In this document: positions 51,128 through 64,000 of the stretch, piece after piece | Numbering within the stretch: the stretch's first letter is position 1 | Layout of the letters: every line of letters begins with the position of its first letter | NCBI RefSeq assembly: GCF_001194135.2 | Contig: NC_069000.1 | Location: 18,637,196-18,701,195, forward strand | From: Octopus bimaculoides | Taxonomy: Eukaryota | Length of the DNA stretch: 64,000 bases | Reading direction: 5' to 3' | Notes under the pieces: generated by a model | Databases searched by the model: none | The model's input: the letters and a program-made list of their open reading frames with translations, nothing else | Told to the model about the DNA's origin: nothing | Made by a program: the position numbers and the translations under genes

Positions 51128-51745
51128 TTGAACTGCAAAAGAAACGTGAGATGTGTGTGACTGTGAAATATGTTTTAATTTTATTATGTCAGAGATAAAT
51201 TTTGATAAATCTGATAAAGTCAATTTCTTGGATGCACTTTGACCACAGTCTATGGTTTGTCATGTGTTCTGGTTGTAGGCAGATCCAGCACACCAAGACT
51301 GTAAGGCGTGACATGTTCAATACCGTGTATCCCCTCCTTGGGTGTTCAAAGCGGCCATACACAATTGGTGCATGGAGTACATGAGGTGGTTCACAAAAGC
51401 CATTGACACCTGTTCCCACACCCTGAGGAAAGCTGCCTCCAGTTCCACACAAGTTGCCGGCCTTGGGACCACTTGGTTCAGCTACCTATGGATCTCATCC
51501 CACATGTGTTCAATTGGGTTCAAATCCGGGCTGAGAGTCAACCATAGCATGGTTCTGATGTGCTGATGCAAGAAGTCCATAGTGACCCAGGCCATGTGGG
51601 AGAGAGCATTGTCCTGCTGGAACATGTGGCTATGGTGACATGTGCGGAAAGGGATGATGTGAGGTCTTAGGATCTGGTCAACGTAGCGCTGCGCTGTGAT
51701 GCCATTCCCTCTGCCTGCACCAGCATTTTGGAACACATGGGGCCC
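51125..51745 (-). mobile_element. Tc1-like (DD34E) transposase C-terminal fragment plus one terminus
   Basis: FQQDNALSH...LSPDLNPIEHMWDEI, then ELEAAFLRVWEQV...HLMYSMHQLCMAALNTQGGYT. Confidence 0.88.
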
Positions 51746-51896
51746 AATTCTCTGATTCAGGCCTATAGCACCCTAAGTTGAAAGGTTACCTGCAATTTGG
51801 GTCTCAGCCATAAACCAGCATATGTTGGAATATTTACACTTACATCCCCGAAATAAATTTTCAGAATTTACCATATAAAAATGATATTTGTAAAAA

Positions 51897-51955
<59 letters not shown>

Positions 51956-53073
51956 GGAAAAATAGAAGTTGAAAATGCACTGAGAATAGTTAAAATATTT
52001 TTCATTAATATATTTGAAGCTTTAACTGGTTTCACAGTTTACACTCATTTCCAAAAAGTTCAAATAGAAAGCCATGGTTTATGTTGCAGCTGTCTTGCTT
52101 CTGACTACTGTTTGAAGTTTGCCCTGTTTTTATAGGGAGTTCATGGCTCAAATTAGTGTATGTTTTGAATAGGATTTGATTAGTAGAAGATAGCCACATG
52201 ACTCGTCTTAGAAATTTTTGTAGGTTCTCCATTACATCCATGTGTTAGTATCAAGTGACAATGTTTGCCATTGTAAGTTAAGGCTGACACAGTTGACTGA
52301 ACAATCAATGCTCTGGAAGTTAATATTATTGTTTGTAGAGAATGAACACATGGTTAAGTTTATAGCCTTTTGTGCATTTCCCATTACATTTGTGCATTAG
52401 TGTCACATGACAGTATATTTTGCACCTAAAAGAAGGCTGACATGGTTGAGTGAACATGTTTAATTATAATCAAGGCACTCCAAATTAATCTGTCTAGTGG
52501 GAGGGTGGATAGTTGTTTGTATGTGGTCGAATGGCTAAAATTTAGGTTGTTAGCTGTGTGGCTTCCTCATAAGTGGCAGAAAGAATTTTCTGTGTGAATC
52601 GTTATTTGTGTATATACTTTGTTAAAGTTTGTTAAGTCTTGGTTTGTACTTTTGTATGAAAGTACTTTTTTTTTTGTTTATCTGTGCCTCATCTGTGGTA
52701 TTCAATGAACATAGGTAGAGTGGGAAGACCTGGACTTTGGGAGACTTATTTTTTGCACATATGTCTATATGTATACTGTCATCATCATTTAACACCTGCT
52801 TTCCATGCTGGCATGAGTAGAATGGTTTGACAGGGAGCTGGAAAACGGCAGGACTGCATCAAGCTCCAGTGGGGTCTTAACATATCTATACATTAACACA
52901 CATAACTATGATATATCTTTCATCTTTCATCTTTTACTTTTTCCAGTCAATAGATGGCAGCCATGCTGGGGCACTGCCTTGAAGAATTTTTAGTTGAATG
53001 ACTTGACCCCAGTACTTACAGGGATGTAAACACACCAACACTGGCTGTTGAGGTTCGGTGGGGGACAAACACA

Positions 53074-53133
<60 letters not shown>

Positions 53134-53769
53134 NNNNNNNNNNNNNNNNNNNNNNNNNNNNNNNNNNNNNNNNNNNNNNNNNNNNNNNNNNNNNNNNNNN
53201 NNNNNNNNNNNNNNNNNNNNNNNNNNNNNNNNNNNNNNNNNNNNNNNNNNNNNNNNNNNNNNNNNNNNNNNNNNNNNNNNNNNNNNNNNNNNNNNNNNNN
53301 NNNNNNNNNNNNNNNNNNNNNNNNNNNNNNNNNNNNNNNNNNNNNNNNNNNNNNNNNNNNNNNNNNNNNNNNNNNNATATATATATATATATATATATAT
53401 AATGGCTTAGTGGTTAGGGTATTCAGCTCACACTCATAAGGTTGTGAGTTCAAAAACTGGTGGCATGTTGTGTCCTTATTGGGTCAATAAAATAAAGTAC
53501 TAGTTAAATACTGGGGTCAATGTAATCGACTACACCCTCCCCCTTTTCTGGCCTTGTGCCAAAATTTGAAATAGTTGTTTGACACAAACTGTTGTGCAGT
53601 TGTTTTGTTGACTCTACCAAAATTTGTTAAACTGTTGGTTAATGATAATATTAAAAATAATAATAATGGTAATTTCTTGTTAAAAATAAAATGAAATAAA
53701 GTAGCAAAGCATTGTTTTTGTCTTTCTTTCGCTTGCACTTTTATACCTAATTATCACACTGTTGTGGTT

Positions 53770-53770
53770 T

Positions 53771-53839
<69 letters not shown>

Positions 53840-53900
53840 CAGCAGCACTACCACCACCACCAGCAACACCAGCAGTTGTAGTAGTAGTAGTAGTAGTAGA
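53770..53900. repeat. Compound (CTA)n(CTG)n(CCA)n(GTA)n trinucleotide tract
   Basis: Direct inspection; source of the poly-L pseudo-ORF. Confidence 0.9.
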
Positions 53901-55569
53901 TTCATGCAGAAGGGGTAAAGGAGTAGCAGTGTTGGTGTGTCTGGGCCTTCTTGGCTGCTTGTCTCACAGATGTGTGTATACCAATGTGTATAAATGTATC
54001 AGTGTATTTGTGATGTGTGCATGCATGTTTATCATTGTAAATGTGATATGTGCAACATGTAGTAAACTTTATTGTTGGTGGCTGGTTGTTTTATATATAT
54101 CTTGCTGTCTTTTTCATTATATCTTTAATCACAAAATCAATTATGTATATATGTGTGTGTGTGTGTGTGCATGTTAACATGAATGTGTGTGTGTTTGTTT
54201 TTTCCCCACATGTAGTTTTCTGACTGTCTGTCAACTGCAACTGTTAGAAAATGTTGCAGGTGTGTTCCTATACACCACCTGTTCAAGAATACAAGTAAAC
54301 TCTGGTTAGAAGAAAGATAGGTGCACAGGTATTTTATTTACAGATGGTTATTCCAGATTAGCTTTCAGATTACTGAGTCAAATGTAACGATTATGTATAC
54401 ACTTTATGTTGAATTAATCATGCATTATCTTGAACTTCAAGATTTTGAAGATGTGTTTGTTTATTTATGACACTGTAGGATATGTGTGAGAGGTCGGATC
54501 TGGCCAGTTTTAACATAAAACAAGTAGAATATATCAGCCAGATATGGTCAGTTTAAATGCTAAAGGGTTAACAATTTCACAGTTACACACATCTGATTTT
54601 AGAGTTTTATACACAACTTCATATTTGATATGCATCTCTTTCTCTCTCCCCGCTACTTTCTTGACCTAAATTGTCATACATGATGAGTTGTCAAGTTTCT
54701 CTGATAATCAACTCTTAAACCTTCAATGGCAGAAAAGTTTTTTCTTTCTTTCTAACCAATAGAAATAATAGCTCTCTGAACTTACTACAGTCAGTCCTTA
54801 TTCTAGAGACTATACTTTCCAAACATCTTCCACTGCTAATTAGATCACCTAGATTACAGAAATTATCTACTCCCTCCAAGAACCATCCAGGGTATTTGAG
54901 AAAATCTATTTCCCATGTGTTCTTAGTATTTATTGGTTCTGAATATCTGCTACAAAATCTACTTTCTCTGTTTATCTTCCTTTGATTCCACTACAGTCCT
55001 TATGTGTCCGTAGTTTGGTGTACCACTGGGTACACCAAATGGCAATTCTACAAACACAATTCCTACATATCAAACAGGGTCATTTACTTGAAGGATAATT
55101 TTAATCTCTGACTATCAATCAGCCGGTTTATTCCAGATTCACCTGTAGTGTACTTTAATGATTTTACAGTTACACATCTGGTTTTAGTCTCCTACATATG
55201 CACATCTCTCTCTCTCTCTCCCCTCTCCCACTAAATTGAAGATGTACCTGTCAAGTTTCTCTGACAACCAATTCAAAAACCTAACATGACAAAATGATCA
55301 ACTTTTAAATCATGGTACATTTGCTGCCTCTGTTTACATACAAGACAACTTTGACCTTTATGCAGTTGGTATTCGAGAGTGTCTCCTATTGCATTTACGG
55401 AAAAAATTATGGGTGTGTGCTGCTACTAAGTAGATTGATATATGAAAGAACACTGAGTGGAATGGTCTGAACCCCNNNNNNNNNNCACACACACACACAC
55501 ACAACTATACACCTACACACTTCAAATAGATAGGAGATATAGCCAGCAGAGATGTCAGTGTTCAGAACA

Positions 55570-55775
55570 CTGATGTAGTGATTGAGATAAGGAATACATT
55601 TTATTGTAGTGACTGAAACAAGGAGTAGTATTTACTGTAATGATTCAAACAAGGCACTGGTCTGTAGCGTCTGAGATAAGGGAGTCCACAGCAGTGGTGG
55701 ACACTGGGAGTATTTTGTAGCATAGTGATTGAGACAAAGAGTATAAAGAAGCATAGTGATTGAGATTTAACACTA
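55570..55775. repeat. Degenerate minisatellite of about 33-37 bp (TGTAGTGATTGAGATAAGG core)
   Basis: Core recurs about 6 times. Confidence 0.6.
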
Positions 55776-57483
55776 TTATTTCATGATAGACTTATCTATT
55801 TCCACAACTCCACTCCCTGCTTACAATGGTGAACCATACCACCTCATAATTGTTACAGTACAAGCCAATAAGGGAGCCTCTGTGTGGTTGTTCAATCTGC
55901 TAGAAATAGCAACCAAATCTCATTCAAATTACACTCAGCTTAAAAAAGAATGGACAGATTGGAAAAACTTAGCCCTTGACTTGCTATGCTTGAGAAGCAG
56001 AGATAGGATGATCTAGGCTAGAATAATTTTGATTATAAGACTGCTCAGAGTTAACTTAAGGGGAACAAACAAGAGATTTGGCTAAAACCTGCTGTTCAGA
56101 ATTTTTGATGTTGCTCCCACTGTAATGGTTCACTATTGGTCATCTGTACTCTCAAGTTCATTTTAATGCTGGAATAATTAGACTATATAATTACTGAAGT
56201 AATAAACTTCATTTTGAAAGAAATCCCTCTGGTCCAACTGCCTTTGCACTTTGTTATCACTAACAACAAATGATGGCTATGTAAGGCCATTACTAAAAGG
56301 ATCCCCTTAACTCAGTCACTCTATGAATAGCTAACTTTGACCAGAGCCTGGTCAAGGTATAAAAATGTCTAAAGGTGAACAATATAGCTTTTTCTAAAAA
56401 CTTCATTTAAAAAAGCTTAAATGATGATGGTGATCATCATCATCAACATTTTAATGTTCATTCACTTTTCTATGTTTGCATGGGTTGGATGGTGTTTATT
56501 GAGGCAGATTTTCTTTGGCCATTTGTCTTTCCAGTCACCAACCCTCACCTATTTCCAAGAAAGGCAATATTTCCTGGAAATGAATAACATTGCTTATATG
56601 ACAGTGATACAGCTATCATGCAATGTCAAGATAAGGAGACACAGACACCCACCCACTCACCCCAAACATATACAGACGTATGTGTGTGTGTTTATTCTAC
56701 TCATGTATGAGCATATTCATTGGAGAACTATGGGTATATATTCATGCACATAATTATATCTATGTATTAGTTTTTTCAACTTTATATTTTCTGACGCGAC
56801 TCTATCTCTTTCTCTATCACTTTTCCCTTCTCGTTCTTCCTTCTGTTACTACTATATCTCTCTCTTTCCCCTCTTGTTCTTCCTTCTGTTACTACTATAT
56901 TCCTCTCTTCCTCTCTTTCTCTCGTTGCTCACCTATTCTTCTACTTCCTCCCTTTGTTTCTCCCTCTACCACTCTTTCTCTCTCTTCCTTACCCCTGCCT
57001 GGTCACATGCTTCCGGTCACTAATTCTTTTCTTCCTTGGCTATCGCCGAGCAAACACGCGAACTTACTTCATCCCCACTTTCAGTTCGGGTCTCACAGCA
57101 TTCATATACACATAATTTTTCATGTCTGGCTGCATAGCCTTTTCCGTTTGTTTTCCTGTCTTGTTTTTTGTCCGCCACTACATTCCTCCATGGCACAGGT
57201 TTAATTTGTGCATACAAATTTAATTTGCGGTCCATGGGAAGAGCCGTTTTAACGATGCGTCCTGCCCAACTCTTCGAAACGCCGGTGTTAAAACGGGGGT
57301 AGCTGATGAAGGAAAATGTTCTCTATGTGGCTTGTGTGTTTTCTGTACTCTGGTTATTATTATTTTCTTGTCTATGTTTTGTTTGCAATGTCCTGTACCC
57401 AGATATGCACCTATATATACAGGTAGACATAGGTATGCACATACCTGTACGTATATATGCATATACTCATTTATTATTTGTTT

Positions 57484-57531
<48 letters not shown>

Positions 57532-58089
57532 TACATACAGGCATAGATAGATAGACAGACAGATAGATAGATAGATAGATAGATATTGCACTTGATAATT
57601 TTACAGCCTGTGAAATGTTTTTACAACTGCATAAGTATATGGGCACATGTAATGCATATAAGTAGCCCATGGGCCCCATATCTGTGTGTAATGCACTGTT
57701 CATGTACACATGTATGTTTATGTATATATGACTACACAGTGATGCTGATGGTAATTTAGAAGTATATATTATCACAGTGTGTGTGGCTGCTTCTGCATTG
57801 CTGAAATTTAATTGTTGTCTTAATAATTATAATAATAAGAATGAGAATAATGATGAAAATTTCTCCTTCTCTTTCCTCCCACTTCCCATGGCAGTAGCAT
57901 ACTCACAAAGGCTTTAAGAGACTGAAGGGAATTGTAATTGTAATTGTAACACATGCTGCAACCTATACCTGTACCTACTTACACTAAGCAAAAAGACCTG
58001 CTACCTTCAGGCAAGCAACTGCAAAGATCTTCATTGCAAATGCTGAAAACATACCTCAACTTACCTCCCAGACTTCTCAGGTTCACAAA

Positions 58090-59735
58090 TCAGAGCTGTC
58101 ACAGTCAACATCAGTGTGATGAAAGGTAGGTCTGGTGAGACTGTTAAAATGTTTGGTGATGTGTAGATGTGTACTGTGTGCAAGAAGTACGATGGAAGGG
58201 AGCCTCAGCTAGACTGCTTGTGGACAAGAGACATAGATACAAATTCTTCTTGGTGGGCAACAATGATGGGTTAGGTGGTGTAGGTATTGGCAGAGAAATG
58301 GGTGGATAAGGTGACTGAGGCAGTCAAGTTGTGTGATAGGATTATTAAGCTAAGATTGGCCCTGTTTAATGGATTTCATAGTTTTCATGGAGGCTATGGT
58401 TTTGGTTCCAGAAATGAAAATGGAACAAGGCTACTGGAGTTCTGTAATGCAAATGACTTAATGGTTTGCAACATCGACTTCAGGAAACCTGTCAGCCATC
58501 TGATTACTTATCAATCTGATGGACACACTAGCTAGATTGACTACACCCTCACCAGAAACAGAGACAGGTGTATGCTTGTGAATGCAAAGTCCTTTCCAAG
58601 TAAAGAATGTACCTCTCAAAATAGGTTAGTGGTTAGCGAGTCAGGGCTTAAAGCTAGAAGGATCCTGAGACACATACTGATGTGGAAAATGAATCTATGG
58701 AATCTCAAGGATTCTTTAAATGGGCAAAAGTTTAGAGATGTTCTTTATGAAGCCTCTGATGAGAAGGAGGAAGAGATAGAGACACACAACATAGTGGACA
58801 ACTGGAAGTTCATACAGGACAATCTACTGAAGGTGACAGACCAAATCTTTGGCTGGAGTAAAGCTTCTGTCAGACTAAGTGACAAGGTAATGGAACAATG
58901 AGGTCAACAGGGCTATAAAAGAGAAATGGAAAGAGTGGAAGAGTTGGGATAGCAAAGAACTATATCAGATAATTAAAAGAGAAGCAAGGCTTCAGGTTTA
59001 TTTAGCTAGGGTAGAAGTAGAAAGGAAAAGGTTTGCTTACAGCATGAAGGTAAGACACTTGAAGTGTTCTGGATTGCCAGACAGTGTGTTAGAGAGAATC
59101 GAAGTGTTGTGGGAGAGTAGTGTGTATGGACAGATAATGGTATACTTGCTTTTGGTGATCCCGAAAAGAAAGAGGTGCAGAAGAACTACTATGAAAGGCT
59201 ATTAAATGTAGAGAATGAATGGGAAAAAGGGTGTCTTCCTCATGTCAACCCAACAGAGGCACCAATTAGTCTAGTAGACAGCAATTAAAGATATGAAGAC
59301 AGGGAAGGCCCTTAGTGTATCAGGAGACACTGGTGAGATGCTTAAAATATCTGATGGAGTTGGATATGGTCTAGTCACCCATGTAGTTAATTTGGTTATT
59401 CTGAAAGGCATAATCCTCAGTGACAGGTGTAGCAGCATCATAGTCACCTGCTATGGTAAGAGTAAGGAAGATACCTTAGATAGAGGCATGGAATTGATGG
59501 ACAAGGTGATGAAAGTTGTGGACAGAGTTATAGCTCAACTAATTAGGAACAGGATTAGACTAGATGAAATGCAGTTTGGCTTTGTCCCGGGGAGAAGCAC
59601 CACAGATACTATTTTCTTAGTCAGTTGCAAGAGAAGTGTCTAGCTAAGAACAAGCCATTGTACTTAGCATTGGTTGATCTAGAGAAAGCTCTCGGCAGAG
59701 TACCTCTGTGAAATGGTGGTCTCTGATGAAGCAAG
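58090..59735 (+). mobile_element. RTE LINE, AP-endonuclease plus N-terminal RT, 3'-truncated and internally deleted
   Basis: CVQEVRWKGASARLL, GVGI..AEKWVDKV, NENGTRLLEFC.ANDLMVCN..FRKP.SHLITY, QNRLVV, RLDEMQFGFVPGRSTTDTIFL, LYLA.VDLEKA..RVP. Confidence 0.92.
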
Positions 59736-60801
59736 GGATAGTAGTACTATGAAAATTTGATTAGAATGTCACAGGAAATGATTGCAATATGAATTCTTCA
59801 AGCCAAGTCAACTAGGAGGAGACCTAGGGGTAGACCATGAATGAGATGGTTTGATAATTAACATCCATAGTTTCAGTTGGTCACTCTTGGGAATTCAGCT
59901 GGAGAGTGCAATGACAGTTGTTTCTGATAGGAGAAGGCGCCTGAGGACTCTACCACCATGATGGATGGATAACATTGCTGATATGCATCCTCACATTTTT
60001 TTAAAGATGGTAGGGTGGGAGTTGAAGAAGAGTTGGTTGTTGTTTCAGGCAGAATAAGGAATTATGCAAAAGAAAACCCTTTTTAGTATCAGAGGCAGAT
60101 TGCAAGTATATAAGAACTTGTAAGGGAAGCGTGGGGGTGGGAGTGAGAAAAATAATGAATATTATATCATATCTACAAATTTATAAGCATGTAACTTAAC
60201 ATATTTACCATATTTATTAGATGTTCTCTTGCATAAGATGCACCTATTTTACAAGTATTTTGTAGAAAAAATGAATGTGTTTCATTATCCACCGATCAAA
60301 AGATATTTTAAAGTGGTTTTGAGTGTGGTGGGAGGATGTATGTTTCTGTGCATATAAATACAATGCTGTGGTACTATATTGGAATAATGTATGAAACCAT
60401 AAATTTATCATATATAAACTACATTATATGAGAACTGTATTTCAACTTCATCTTCTTTCAGATCAACTGTATAGTTGTTTATATTTTGGTCAAAAGAATT
60501 GACTTACAGGATATAAAACTTGTATTCTAGCTGTGATGAGTTTTGTGTAAACATTATCAGCCACCAGGGTGGTGCGCCATTGCTATGGTTTTGTTGTCAG
60601 CCACTCATTGAAAATAGTTGATGAACAGCTAAAAATTTAACATTCTTTCCATCTTTCTAGGAGAATTCTTCATTTAGATAATTAAAAAATGTCTCTTAAA
60701 GGTAATAGATTTATTAAATAATGTCAGACATATATCAAGTATAGGTAATGTATACTGGGGAAGGAGTTACAATGAAATGATGTGACCTCCTCATATAACT
60801 A

Positions 60802-62022
60802 TTGGGTTGTCCAGAAAGTTCATGCCGATTTATATTACCCGTGGCAGATTGTATCAGAGTACAGATTGCAAGTATATAAGCTTACCTTTCGACTTATTTT
60901 AGAACATGGTTGAGTCCATAAAATAGGATTTGACTACACCTCCATTTAGAGCACAGTTTAAGCTATCTTTTCGTGGAAGAAGGTTTATGTTCCTATAACC
61001 TGTGTTAATTCTGTAACCCTTTAAAATGGAAGATAAGAAAGTTCCTTTTCGGCACTTGATGCTTTTCTTTTTCTGTAAAATGAAAAATGCTTCACAAGCA
61101 ACCAAAGAAATATGCGCAGTTTACGGTAATGTTTCTTTATCCGAAAGAACTTTACGGAAGTGGTTTGCAAGGTTCCAAGCTGGAGATTGTAGCCTTATTG
61201 ATAAAGAGTGATCAGGCAGACCATCCACTACAGATGATGACCAAATCAAGTCATTAATTGAGAATTACCCACATTGCACAACCTGAGAATTGGCAGAAAG
61301 CCTCAACCTATCAAAATCCGTCGTTCATGAGCACCTGGTAAAGCTTGGGTACACAAATCGCTACGATATTTGGGTACCACATGAGCTGAGTGAGAAGAAC
61401 CTTTTGGATCGCATTGCCATCTGTGATTCACTTTATAAACGGAATGAAAACACGCCTTTTTTAAAGCAAATTGTGACAGGTGATGGAAAATGTATTATCA
61501 ACCAAAATGTTCAGAGAAAGCGATCTTGGAGTAAGCGACATGAGCCACCCTTAGCCACCCCAGAAGCGGGTCTTCACCCTAAAAAAGTCTTGCTTTGTGT
61601 CTGGTGGTATTGGAAAGGAATTCTGTACTATGAGCTTCTCCCAAGTAACCAGACAATTAATTCTGAGAAATGTTGCACACAACCGGACGAGTTAAAAGCA
61701 GCAATTGGCCAACAGGAAGGGTGTTGATAATGCAAGACCGCACGTTTCTTTGGGAACCAGACAAAAATTGCTGCAGCTTGGCTGGGATGTGTTACCCCAC
61801 CCTCCATATTCACCAGATATTGCTCCTTCGGATTTCCACTTATTCAGGTCCGGGAAGAATAGTCTTAATGGTAAAAATTTTCAAATTTTCAAGTTAAAGG
61901 GAAGATGGAGACGCATTGTGCAACAAAATGGTTCATATTTGGTTGATTAAATATGTAACAGCAAGTATTTATTGACCTTTTCTTTCCTTTAAAAATCAGC
62001 ACGAACTTTCCGGATAACCCAG
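60802..62022 (+). mobile_element. Near full-length mariner transposon (1221 bp), inactive transposase from ATG 61026
   Basis: 30-bp TIRs match 25/30; TA TSD at 60800-60801 and 62023-62024; motifs WVPHEL, IVTGD, DNARPH, HPPYSPDIAPSD; stops and frameshifts present. Confidence 0.95.
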
Positions 62023-63622
62023 TACCAACATACTGTAAGCAGTGGTGGTGGTGGTTTGATTAAACATGCAAATATATTTCTGGCTTCAAAAATGCTCAGC
62101 TAAATAGTGAAAAAAGTTTTAAAATTATTGCTTTTTGTGTGTGAACATGAAGTTCTGCTGAGACCAAGTTTATTTAAATTGGAATGTGCTCACTTTGAAA
62201 TCCTTCTTCTCACTTTGAAGTGACATGTCCTTGCTTTTAAATACAAACACTAGGGTTAAACATAGAGGGATTAGTGGACATTGATAATCAGTGACAATTG
62301 AGTTGTCTATTGTTGATGACCAACAGAATATCTTATAGTTGATGACCAATGGATTGGTCTATTGTTTATAGTTGATTACCTAGGTACTAACAGAACGAAT
62401 GGCAAATTATTGGTAACCAATAGAGTTATAACTGGTCAATGACCATTGCAATTAATAGCAATACCAACATACAATTTTCTAGTTGATACTTATTTTCTTT
62501 GCTTGTTCAATTATCTAATAGTATCTTAATCATCATCATTATTGCTGTTGTCGACATTGTTTTCACCCCCACCACCACCACCACCATCATCATTATTGAA
62601 GGTAGTAAGCTGGCAGAATTATTAAAGGGTTGGGAAAATACCTTGCTGTATTTCTTCTGGCACTTTACATTCTGAGTTCAAATTTCTCCAAGATCAACAT
62701 TTTCTTTTATCCTTTCAAGGTTGATAAAATAAAATACCAGTCAAGCACTGGTTGACTGCAATTGACTAATCCCTACTTGTGCCAAAATCAAAGACCATTA
62801 ATATTATTATTAAACTTTTGGGGTTGACAAAATAAAATACTAGTTAAACACTGGGGTCAAGGGTATCAAGTAACTCCCCTACACTCAAATTGCTGGCTTT
62901 GTGCCAAAAATTTGAACAATTTCTATTTGATAATTTATAATTAGTAATAGTTGTAGTAGCAGCAACATTAGTAGTAGTGGAGAATTAGTGGAATTAGTTT
63001 AATTATTTAATGACCATGTCATTAAGTGTTAATGTGTCAATCCTCTCATGTGCTGCATTGTCTCACACCGTCTATATATATTCAAGAGAGGATTGTGTGC
63101 CATGACATTAAGTGGCTGAGAAAAAAGGAAAAAAAAAATCTTCCTCCATTCCCTCCCCATCGCTCTCATCTCAGGATGGGATGTTAATTAATCATGAGTT
63201 AACTTAGCCATGATCTTTAGTTCAACCTTGGTCCTACCAGCTAACAAACAAACCATATATGTTATTGCACTGTGATGCCTAAAAATTCACAGCTTCTATC
63301 TCTAAGCCATCTCAAAAACACCCTATATTTCAACATTGTCTTGAAAGGTTATATCTACACATATGAAGAATTCACTCTCCATACCATACAATAAACATTT
63401 GCAGTTATTCTGAATCAAAGTCTCTGTTCATCACTTTAACATGCTATCCCTACAACCCACTGAATAACTCCAACCATCTGCAGATGTTCAGTTTTCTTTT
63501 GTCCTGCATTAAGAGCATCTCTTCTTTCATCTTTGTCTGCAGTTTCAGACATTTAATCACAGGTTAGTCCTGATCAAGCAGACTTATGATTAAAGATGTT
63601 CCAGTCTTGAACTGTTTTGTCA

Positions 63623-63930
63623 TCTATATATATAAAAATGAGAATGTGTGTCTGTCTGTCTGTCTGTGTGAATCCCTAAAACTCGAGAACTACGCAACCA
63701 ATTTCATTCAAATTTTACACATGCCTTACTTAGGGTTCCAGTTGTGTTTTAGTCAAAAAAAATTATTAACTTCTTGCAGAGTTCGAGCACACGGCAACAT
63801 AATATCTCCTCCACTATTTAAGTATTACGTGTCAAAAGTGAAACAAAAACACTCATGTCAAATACTTTCACTTTAAAAATGAAACTATTCCACTAACTGA
63901 AACAATCACATTTCGATACTGTAGTGACAG
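63623..63930 (+). mobile_element. Non-autonomous Helitron-like element, 5' part
   Basis: A|TCTATATATATAAAAATGAGAATGTGTG(TCTG)n start; CpG-retaining body; no CTAG 3' end seen before the window end. Confidence 0.6.
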
Positions 63931-63960
63931 ATACTTTCACAGAGAGAGAAAGAGAGAAAG

Positions 63961-63991
<31 letters not shown>

Positions 63992-64000
63992 TGTATATGT

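Noticed and set aside
55783-56016. 77-aa ORF, and 56680-57204 174-aa ORF, as a downstream gene
   Set aside because: The first overlaps an old dispersed repeat (CTGCTAGAAATAGCA family); the second is a pyrimidine-rich low-complexity block; no splice-consistent partner exons.
57235-57315. Intact hammerhead at GAAACGCCGGTGTT...CTGATGAAGG
   Set aside because: The motif order is reversed and stems I and II cannot be closed; kept only as a low-confidence family-level finding.

Overview
AT-rich, microsatellite-dense animal genomic DNA with many N gaps. The SINE repertoire (OK-type SINE, RTE-tailed SINEs) points to an octopus genome; this is an inference from remembered repeat consensus, not a search result. 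The only host gene I can support is the 3' part of an AMP deaminase gene (AMPD2-like) on the + strand. It has six coding exons (706-832, 4867-5030, 8038-8158, 15430-15603, 47467-47577, 49776-50015) with matching GT-AG phases. They join into about 311 aa containing RPHCGEAG and the SISTDDP deaminase signature, and end at TAA 50013-50015. Introns are 4.0, 3.0, 7.3, 31.9 and 2.2 kb. The rest is transposon-derived: mariner/Tc1, piggyBac-like and Merlin-like MITEs, Helitron-like ends, RTE, R4/Dong, CRE-like and Penelope-like retroelements, SINEs and satellites. The most notable accessory features are: (i) a near-canonical minimal type I hammerhead ribozyme (1856-1918, - strand) inside a tandem-plus-inverted repeat unit whose inverted arm is interrupted by a zinc-knuckle ORF; (ii) a TSD-flanked MITE carrying TTAGGG repeats 21 nt after a splice donor; (iii) many long, near-perfect intronic inverted repeats, several tied to Penelope-like fragments. 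All alignments and foldings were done by eye, and most TE boundaries are approximate.
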